NCBI GenBank assembly: GCA_000388065.2 | Contig: KB932208.1 | Direction: 5' to 3' (one strand) | DNA: 64,000 nucleotides | Source: Fonticula alba ATCC 38817 | Lineage: Eukaryota; Protista; Nucleariida | Part shown: piece after piece, positions 53,212-61,948 of the stretch | How positions within the stretch are numbered: position 1 is the first letter of the stretch | Layout: every line of letters begins with the position of its first letter | Notes under the pieces: generated by a model | Seen by the model: only the letters and a program-made list of their open reading frames with translations | What the model was told of the DNA's origin: nothing | Databases searched by the model: none | Translations under genes and position numbers: made by a program

Positions 53212-56200
53212 CTACTCCCGGGTGGAATGCGTCGAATCGCTCGAATCAACGTGCAATGCCTGGGAGGAATGATCCATCTCCACAGGGGGTTGGTGTTCTG
53301 GGGGCGGCGCCGCGGTGGCTGCCAGCTCGGAGAGGCCCGAGGGTTCGCCCGAGGAGCTCGAGCTGGGCTCATGTGCCGATGCCTCGGGGGTGGGGGAGGT
53401 CTCCCCGGAAACCGGAGCGACAGCCGCCTCGAGAGCCCCGGCGGCGGCGGCCTTGGCGGCCCGGCGGCGCTGGCGAAGAGTCAAATAGACGACCACCGTG
53501 CCCAGCATCAAACAGAGGAGGATCGAGCATCCTACTGACACGCCGATGACCATGGCTAATGAGGTGAAGGATAGAGAGGGCGGGAGAGGGGGGAGGTGAG
53601 AAAAAGGGCAGCGGAGGGGAAAGAGAGAGCAGAGGAGGGGAAAGAGAGAGGGCAGTGAAGAGGGAGGAGAGAGGACAGTGAAGAGGGAGGAGAGAGGACA
53701 GTGAAGAGGGAAAGTGAAGAGGAAAGAGAGAGCAGAGGAGAGGGAGGAGAGAGCAGTGAAGAGAAAAGAGAGAGAGAGAAGCGAGGAAAACCGAGAGAGA
53801 GAGAGAGAGAGAGAGGGCAGCGGAGAGGAGAGGAAGAGGCAGGGGGAAAGCCACCAGACACGCACTCCTCCAGTAGAGCTCGCGCTCTTCGTTCCACTTG
53901 GTACATTGATCAGTCCGGCGCCCGGAGCACTGAAGACAGCCCTCGGCACAGGAGAGGCAGACGCCCGGCGCGCCCTCGGGGCTGGAGCCGAAGAAGCCCG
54001 CCGGGCAGCTCTCCACACAGCCGACCCCTTCGTGGAGGAAGGCATTGAGGATGCAGCGCTGGCAGTTGGTGCCGTCCGGGGGGTCGCAGCGATCGCACAG
54101 GCGGTCCTGGCAGGGGACACACGACCGGCCTTCGGTGTCTTCCACAAAGCCCACCGGCGGGCAGGACTGGACGCAGGAGCCGCCATGCAGGAGCAGGTCC
54201 GACAGGCAGGTGACGCAAATGGCTGTCGGGGAGCTGGTGTTGGGATTCCGAGCGCACGTGGAGCACAGGTGGGGGCAGGCCGCGCACACCGGCGAGCCCC
54301 GGTCATCCAGACTGGAGATGTAGAAGCCATCCCGACAGCGGGAATGGCACGACCCGTCGATCAGCTCAAAGGCCTCGTGGCAAACGAGGCACAGCTCGGC
54401 GGGCGGTCCGTCCGGGTCCTCCTCGAGGCCGCCGCCCTGGTAGTCCGGGTTCAGCCGGCACGTCCGGCAGGAGGGGTCGCAAGAAACACAGCGCCGGCCG
54501 TGCGGGGCGTCAAGGCGCGTGCCGTCCTCCGGACACGCCTCAACACAGGTCCCCAGCGAGGCATGAAGCAGGAGGGGCTCATGGCAGGCGGTGCACCGGT
54601 CGGCGAAGTCCTCGCACTCGAGGCAGGCATTGGTGTCGCAGGGGAGGCAGTCGGCCGCGTGGGAGGACCCGTCGCCGGGGCCCGGGGAGACCGGGTGGAA
54701 GGTGCCGGCCGCGCAGCGGGCCCGGCATTGGCCCTCCTGCAGGAGGAGCCCCGGAGCACAGCCGGTGCATTGGCGCCCGGAGGGGCCGTCACACGTGGCA
54801 CATGTGCTGGCGCAGGGGGCACACGCGTCCCCTTGGGGGAAGTACCCCTCGAGGCAGGCGCCCGGCCGGTTGCCATCCGGGCAGGTGGCCCCGGGGGAGG
54901 GGGCACGGCCATCGGTGCAGAGGTCGCACCGGTCAACCTCCGGGCCGGAGCATTGTCGACATCCCGCGGCACAGGGCTCACACCGGCCGGACAGGGTGAA
55001 GTACCCCTCCGGACAGGGGCCCGCTTGACAGGGCCCCCCGGCGCCGGGGGGGTGAAGGAGCAGGCCGCCGGCACAGCGGAGGCAGGCATCCAGGTCGGCC
55101 GGCGGGCAGGCGGCACAGCCGGCGGCCCGGCAGGGCTGGCACTGGGCCCCCACCCGGGGGTCTTCGCTGTCGATGGCCACGGTCCCATCGAGGCAGCGTC
55201 GGCGACACATGCCGGCGGCCGGATCGAGGGACAGCCCCCCGATGCAGCGGGTGCATTGGGTCTCCTGTTGCCCGGTGCACTCGGCGCATGTGGGATGGCA
55301 GGCCAAGCACACCCCGGCCGGGCCGGGGGCCGTGCCCTCGGGGCACGCCTCGCGGCAGTCACCCTGCCAGAGGTAGGGCGCAGCAGGGGCAACGCCGGCG
55401 GCCACATCGCCACGACAGCGAAGGCATTGGCCAGGGAGCGGGCCGGTGCACACCTCGCAGCTGGCACTCGCGCACGAAGCACTGCAGGGGGCCGGTGCTT
55501 GGGAGTCGGAGCTGGCCGAGTCCGGGGAGGGGGGGCTGGCGAGGAAGGGCCCGCAGGGGCTGTGGCATGCGGCCGGGTCTTCGCCCTCGAAAGAGGGGCC
55601 GGTGATGGAGGAGCTCGCCGGGAGCAGGCCCGCCCGGCAGGAGAGGCAATCCCCGGGCCCCGGGCCGGAGCATGTGTCGCACAGCGGATGGCAGGCCGGG
55701 CAGAGGGGGCTCTCGGGGGGGCTGGGAGCATGGCCGGCCGCCGGGCAGGCGTCGCCCTCCGGGGCGCAGGAAAAGTCCCCCAGCAGAAGCCGCCGGCCGA
55801 CGGTGCACCGGTCGCACTCGGCCCCGGAGGAGCATGTCAAGCAGTCCTCCGGGCAGGGATCGCACGCGACGCCGAAGAGCCCAGGGGCCAGGGGAGCCGC
55901 GAACCAGCCATCCAGGCAGCCGGTGCAGGTGGCCTGCGGGGTCCCCGGCTCGAGGCAGGCCAGGCAGCCGGCTGGGCAGGCCACGCACTCGGCCGCCTCG
56001 GTGGGGGAGGTTCCCTCGGGGCAGCGGCGCCCGCAGCGGCCGGTGGCCGGGTCCAGCAGGAGCCCATCGACACAGGAAGTGCACGCGGTGGGGCCGAGCC
56101 CGGCACATGTGGCACAGCTGACATGGCAACGGGTGCATGGGGGTTGGTGGCCATGCTCATCGGGCTCGTCGGTGTACCAGCCCGGCTGGCAGGCGTCGCA

Positions 56201-56695
56201 AATGGTGGCCTCCCCCTCGGAGCCGGTATCCAGATGGTGGCAGGCGGCGCAGTGGCCGCCGCCGGAGCAGGGAAGGCACTGCCGACCCGGGGCCAGGGCC
56301 GTGCCCGGGGGGCAGGCCGGCACGCAGTGGCCATTGAAGAGGACATTCGGGGCGAAGCAGGCGGCACACTCGAATTCCGACCGGGAGGCCGAGGTGCAGG
56401 CGGCGCACGACCGATGGCAGGGGAGGCAGGCGCCGGCGCTGGTGTCGTGGAAGTGCCCCAGCGAGCAGGCAGTGCAGGGGGCTGGCTGGTCGGTGCTTTT
56501 CGGGGCCGTGCAGGAGGTGCAGCCCGAGGGGCAGGGGGTGCAGGCGCAGTCGGGGGCCAGGTAGAAGGCCCCTTCGCAGAGGGTGCCCTCGCAGGCGGGC
56601 CGGACGGGCGGTGCCAGGAGCAGGAGCCCGGCGAGCAGCAGCACCAAGAGGAGGAGCGCGCGAGGGGGGCGGCAAGGTGGAGATGGCACAGCCAT
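53212..56695 (-). CDS. Type I membrane protein with many furin-like (CxxC) cysteine-rich repeats, about 1060 aa (exons 56695-53866, 53555-53212)
   Basis: Signal peptide (RALLLLVLLLAGLLLLA) and repeated C.PCH.SC.TC.GP....C..C..G.YL..G.C...CP.G units. A GTGCGT..TTAG intron joins in frame to the TM helix MVIGVSVGCSILLCLMLGTVVVYL, a basic stop-transfer RQRRR and a short Ser/Pro/Glu tail. Confidence 0.85.
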
Positions 56696-58139
56696 TCTCT
56701 CCGTGTTTCCAGGGGGGGGGAAGCCGAGCCGGGGTGCGGGCGCTATCGGGGCAGGGGCGGGGGGCGGGGGGGTCCAGCAGGAGGGGCGGCGTCAGGCACG
56801 CGGTGTCAGACACGGAATGGGCTCCAGGTCGCGAGGAGAGCAAGGGGCCAGGAGGGGGGGTGCCATACCGGGCGGCGTGTCGGTGCACGGGGCGGGGGCG
56901 TTCGAGAAGGAGGGGAGGGGAGGGGAGAGGCTGGGGCNNNNNNNNNNNNNNNNNNNNNNNNNNNNNNNNNNNNNNNNNNNNNNNNNNNNNNNNNNNNNNN
57001 NNNNNNNNNNNNNNNNNNNNNNNNNNNNNNNNNNNNNNNNNNNNNNNNNNNNNNNNNNNNNNNNNNNNNNNNNNNNNNNNNNNNNNNNNNNNNNNNNNNN
57101 NNNNNNNNNNNNNNNNNNNNNNNNNNNNNNNNNNNNNNNNNNNNNNNNNNNNNNNNNNNGGGGGGGGCAGCCGAGCCGGCCATCCGGAGAGAGGGGATAG
57201 GGGGCGGCGGAGGTTGCCGGGCGCCTGTGAGCGGTGTGGTTCGGGAGCAGCGTGGCCACCCCCGGTCGCAAGGGGGGTGTGGCGGCGCGGGCCGCGCGCG
57301 CGCGCGCGGGACTCGTCCCGGGGGGGAGGCACCCCCGCAAGATCGTCGCGATACCACCCCGGGAGGCCGCCACAGCGAGGGCGGAGGCGCCTGGAGGAGG
57401 GCCCCATTCTTCCGGGAGGGGGCTTCGGCTCCGGGCACGGGCCGGATCGCGGAAGCTACTCTCTCTCGGGTCCGGGGAGATCCCGGAGACGGTCGGAGGG
57501 TGGTCGATCGGTGGCAGCCTGGGGGGGGGGGGGGGTTTACTGCCCCGGTCGATCGATGATCGGGCGTGGCGATGGTCGGATCGCGAGACGCTCCCCGGCT
57601 GATCGATCTTTGCCCCCCCCGGGAGCGGGATGGCCCCCCCCCCCCCCCCCCGCCGCCCCCCCCCCGGGCAGGCCGGAGCGCCTCCTCATCGGCTCGAGCG
57701 CCTTCTCTGGGCGNNNNNNNNNNGCCTCCTCATCGGCTCGAGCGCCTTCTCTGGGCGGCGTCTTCGACGCGCCGCCTCGCCGCCCCGGGCGTGCCCCCCC
57801 TGAGCAAGGACCGCACAACCGGCCAGAGACTGGACTGGCGAGGACCGAGTGCCAATGAACCGGCATTCCGCAGAGATCAGCCGCCTGCACGTGCTCATGG
57901 TTTCATACGTGGGCACATGGGAGCGACGTCGCCGTCCGGGCGTGGGGGCTTTATTTTTTTTCTGTCCCCCGACGGCGGCCCGGGGGGGCTGTGTGTGGAG
58001 CGGGGTGTTCCGCTTGAAAGGGCGCCCCGGCTCGGGGGAGGATCCCCTCCCGGAGGAGGGCTAGGACACCTCCCGTTCCTTCTCCGCCTCCCCCTTCTTT
58101 CTGTTCTCTTCTTCCGTATCCCGCATTCCCCCCACCATC

Positions 58140-58415
58140 ATGCCTGCCTGTCTGGCCTGCAAGGGCGACCTCGAGGAGGCTGGTGCCTATGTGACGACGC
58201 AGCTGGGTCCGCTGCATGCCGAGTGCTTCACCTGCATGGCGTGCGGGGTGAACCTCAGCGACGGCCGGGGCTTCCTGGCGTACCAGGGGGACTTTGCGTG
58301 CAGCATGCCCTGCCGGGCCAAGGCGGCGCGCGACCCGTCGCTCATCCGCCAGTATGGGAGTTCTTGGCGCTCGGGTGCTGGCTGGACGAAGCGCGATGCG
58401 CCGGCGCAGAACTGA
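58140..58415 (+). CDS. Single LIM-domain protein, CRIP-like (91 aa)
   Basis: C4-x2-C7...H26-x2-C29-x2-C32-x2-C35...C54-x3-C58. The terminal C-x3-C (CSMPC) spacing and the MPxC start match CRIP-type LIM domains. Confidence 0.85.
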   Translation: MPACLACKGDLEEAGAYVTTQLGPLHAECFTCMACGVNLSDGRGFLAYQGDFACSMPCRAKAARDPSLIRQYGSSWRSGAGWTKRDAPAQN

Positions 58416-58739
58416 GCCGGCTCCCTCCCTGTTGTGTGTCCTCGTGCAGAGGGCGCATTCTCCGCTCCTGCGCGCCGTGGGAGGGGGGAAAATACATTTG
58501 CATGTCTGTGCGTGTCGCTCTCCTGTCCTGCGGTTTTCTCCTGTCCTGTGGCCGTCTCCTCTCCTGTTATTCTCTCTTGGAGTGGCGAGGGGGAGGGGCC
58601 ATGCGTCAGTGTGTGTGTGTGTGTGTGTGCGTGAGGATGGGGTCTCTTTGCCAACTGTAGGAGGTGGGGGGCCGAGGGCACACGCCGCAGTGGTAAGGCA
58701 GATTGCATGAAATAGACTTTCGAGAGGAGGCAGTGTAAG

Positions 58740-58811
58740 GGGAAATTAGTCTAGTGGTATGATTCTCGCTTAGGGTGCGAGAGGTCCCGGGTTCGATTCC
58801 CGGATTTCCCC
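58740..58811 (+). tRNA. tRNA-Pro (AGG)
   Basis: Cloverleaf GGGAAAT/ATTTCCC acceptor, CTCGC-TTAGGGT-GCGAG anticodon arm, CCGGG-TTCGATT-CCCGG T arm. Confidence 0.96.
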
Positions 58812-59192
58812 TCCTTTTTGCATCCGGCCCGGCCCAGCCGCGGCTGAAGACTGCCGCCGCCCACGGGAAGAGGGGGACTGTTCGAGGGTGAGCTCGCTGG
58901 CCGTTTGGGGCATGTGCAGGCCGCACCCCCCCCCCCCCCCGCCCCGCCTCGCGGCGGCGGGGGACAGCTGCTTTTTGGGGGAAATGTCCCCAACCGTGCA
59001 GGAGCCTTTGAACCAGCGCCGATGGTCAAAAGAGCTCCGGCCACGGGGCGTGGCGGCGCCATCCATCCTTTGAAGCTTTTCAACAGGCCCGACGATACAT
59101 ACACACACACCGACACGCCGACACACGGCGAGGATGAGTTCCCAGGGCGGCAAAGGACCCCCCTCCCCAGGCAGTGGCTCTTCCTCCCGAAG

Positions 59193-59223
<31 letters not shown>

Positions 59224-59339
59224 CAGTCGCCGCCCGTGTGTTCCTCGGACCGAGGAAGGGACACGGAAGGGCCGAGAGGCCCAGAGAGAGAGAGAGACGG
59301 AAATAAGAGACGGCGGCCGGAACAGTGCAAGCACCCGAG

Positions 59340-59411
59340 GGGGGCTTAGCTCAGTGGTAGAGCACTCGACTCCAGATCGAGCGGTCAGTGGTTCGATCCC
59401 TCTAGTCCCCA
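59340..59411 (+). tRNA. tRNA-Trp (CCA)
   Basis: GGGGGCT/AGTCCCC acceptor, GCTC-AGTGGTA-GAGC D arm, CTCGA-CTCCAGA-TCGAG anticodon arm, T arm with one U:U mismatch, discriminator A. Confidence 0.9.
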
Positions 59412-59617
59412 ACCTTTTGCTTGCCCCAAAGCATGGCCGAAGAGAGAGAGCCCGAGAAAAGGGCCCGTCCGCTGCTCTTTTTCTCTCCACGTCATTGCTT
59501 TTTTTCGCTCGCAGATACGGCGAGCCCGGGCCACGGCGCGTGTGGCGACAAAGGTAAAAAAAAAAAAAAGCACCGGCGCTGGGGTGTCGGGAGCAGCGCC
59601 GAAAGGCAAAAGAGAGA

Positions 59618-59689
59618 AGGGCCCACCCGGGGTTGATCCGGGGACCTGTCGATCTGCAGTCGACCGCTCTACCACTGAGCTATAGACCC
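59618..59689 (-). tRNA. tRNA-Cys (GCA)
   Basis: GGGTCTA/TGGGCCC acceptor, GTCGA-CTGCAGA-TCGAC anticodon arm, U73 discriminator. The T loop ATCAACC is atypical. Confidence 0.92.
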
Positions 59690-59775
59690 GCGCTTCTGTG
59701 GGAGAGGGTGCCGAGGAGGCTAATTTGTTTGGTGCATTTTTCGCGGGCGCGCCATGGCGATCGGACAAAAGAATG

Positions 59776-59849
59776 TGGCCCCAGCCAGGATCGAACTGAC
59801 GACCTTCGCGTTATTAGCACGACGCTCTAACCAACTGAGCTATGGGGCC
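59776..59849 (-). tRNA. tRNA-Ile (AAT)
   Basis: GGCCCCA/TGGGGCC acceptor, TCGTG-CTAATAA-CGCGA anticodon arm, GTCAG-TTCGATC-CTGGC T arm. Confidence 0.96.
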
Positions 59850-61295
59850 CTCTATGTGTGGATGGGCATCCACCCTGGTCAATAAAAGGCAACCGTCAGT
59901 GTGGCCGCCGGGCGCCCGGGGCAGGACCACACCACGGTCCTGCTGCCTTTTCCCTTGGGTCTCTCGTGCTCGATACTACCAACGGGGGGGCCATATAGGT
60001 CCCGGATGTCCGTCCGCCCCCAAGAAAGGTGCCCCTGGTCGGGCTGGCACTGGCCCGCCCCAATCCGGCCAAGAGCCCCTGACGCATGCTCGTTCCGGCC
60101 GGGACACCAGTGTGTGGCCCCATGCCCAACCCCCCATCGGCGGGTGGGTGAACAACCGAGTCCCGGGTCCGGGGGGGATCGAGAACCTCGGGCGCGTGGT
60201 CTGAGGGCCCAAGGCCGAGGCTCGTCGGGGGCCACACGAGGGCAGGTTACCAAGGGGGGGGGGGGGGGGCGGGGACCGGGGGCCGGGGGTCGTGGCCTGA
60301 TGATGGCAGGCCGGGCACGCTGGAAGTTTGATGGGGGGGTGTTGGGGGGATGGATAGTTCGGTGTCACCCGTGTCGTCGGCCGGTCGCGCTGCCAGTGCG
60401 GATGCCACACGCTATGAGAGCTGGGTGCTGGCAAATCCACTTTCAAGGGGTATTATTTATTATTGATCCACATGTAACGGATCTCCCCCGGCCTCGGGCC
60501 GTCTCGCGTTCATTTCCCCCCCCCCCCCCGCCCCCTCCCCCGGGCACCGCTTAGATGCACTAACGGCAACTGGCCTGCCTTCTGTCGTCGCGCCTCCGGG
60601 TGGGCCCTCCTCCGGGAGGCGGCCCCTCGGACGCCGAACATCGCGCGGCCCTCTGCGCCGGCCATCATCGGGCTCTGCCTGGAGGGCCGATCCTGCCGCT
60701 GGGCCCGGCGCGCGGGCGGGGGCCTCCCCCCCTCGCGCAAGGAGGGGCCTCCGCTGGACTGCGGAGCGACGGGGACCGAAAGGGACAAGCCCCTGCGAGG
60801 AGGGCGGCGCCGGAAGGCCACCGGGCAGGCACGTGGGCCATCGGGTCCCCCTCGAGCCCGGGTGCGGGGGCTCCAGAGACCGGGGCGCAACCGGGCTATT
60901 GTCCAGGCGCCGGCGCACGTCTGTCCTCCGCCTGGCGATGGTGGAAGCCGGGGCAGCCTGGAACTCGTTTGAGACTGGTTCGCCGCGCTGGTGAATATTG
61001 TTATGATTTCCGCGCGCGGCCGGGGCCCCTGCCGGGACTTGGTGCCGGTGCGCGTGGTCCAATCCTAGGCCGGGCTCCGGGGCGTTTGATCGCGATCGGC
61101 CCCCTGTGGTGGTTGCGTGGACGGAGCTCGCCGAGGTGGCCCCCTGCTCGAGGGGCTCTGAGCCGGTGTCTGGGCTGCCCGGTGTCGGGCATCTCCCCGG
61201 AGGCCGATCGCCGAGTGTGAAATATTTTTATGATACGCGGACGGATCGGTCCCGAGGAAGAAGGCCCTATTGTGTGCGTGTGTGCGCGTGTTTTG

Positions 61296-61550
61296 TGAGT
61301 GTGAGTGTGTGTGAGTGTGTGTGTGAGTGTGTGTGTGAGTGTGTGTGAGTGTGTGTATGTGAGTGTGAGTGTGAGTGTGAGTGTGAGTGTGAGTGTGAGT
61401 GTGTGTGCATGTCCGTGTCTGCGTGTGCCCGTGTGTGTGCACATCCGTGTCTGCGTGTGCCCGTGTGTGTGCACATCCGTGTCTGCGTGTGTCCGTGTGT
61501 GTGCATATCCGTGTCTGCGTGTGTCCATGTGTATGCATATATCCGTGTAT
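61296..61550. repeat. (GTGAGT)n/(GT)n tract followed by a 32-bp minisatellite (4-5 copies)
   Basis: Unit GTGTGTGTGCACATCCGTGTCTGCGTGTGCCC recurs at 61413, 61445, 61477 and 61509 (anchor CCGTGTCTGCG). Confidence 0.9.
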
Positions 61551-61948
61551 GTGTGTGGCCAGACAGATCCCCCTCGCGTCGCCCCCCTTCGCCGGCGGGG
61601 AGGGCCGGGCGACAGACGGGCAGCCATCGGAGGGGAGGCGCCGATACCCGCCCCGCAGGGTGTTGGTAGGCCGAGCGGAATAAACACAATCGGCCCCGCC
61701 CGGGAGGCGGTCTTTTCACGCGCCCCGTCGTCGGCAGGCCGTTCGGGCCGCCCGCCGTGTGGCAGGTATTTAGCCGGCTCGTGGCCCGGCCCTGGCGCCG
61801 TGGGATTGGACACCTGTTTTTTTCTCCCTCCCTCGCCTCTCCCTCTCTCTCTCTCTCTCTCGTCCGCCTAGCCTCTTCGGCCGACTCCCTTCCCCTCCCC
61901 TCTCCCAGCCGGTGGCCGTCCTTCCGCTCCGCCGACCGCTTTGCCTCC

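Noticed and set aside
55406-55414. RGD tripeptide in the furin-repeat protein
   Set aside because: One RGD in about 1000 aa of GC-rich-coded protein is expected by chance, and there is no evidence for an integrin partner.
53714-57559. 1281-aa plus-strand ORF and similar long ORFs (6714-8096, 34944-36680, 40555-41937, 16623-17936)
   Set aside because: Antisense shadows of real GC-rich coding regions. They have no recognisable domains and are Ala/Gly/Arg-rich as expected from reverse-complement codons.
59340-59411. tRNA-Trp as a UGA-readthrough tRNA
   Set aside because: The anticodon stem is a full 5 bp, not the shortened 4-bp type, and TGA is used as a normal stop in HOOK, the BORCS7-like gene and the peptide gene.
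61401-61550. 32-bp repeats as a CRISPR array
   Set aside because: The repeats are head-to-tail with no unique spacers, the context is eukaryotic, and there are no cas genes.
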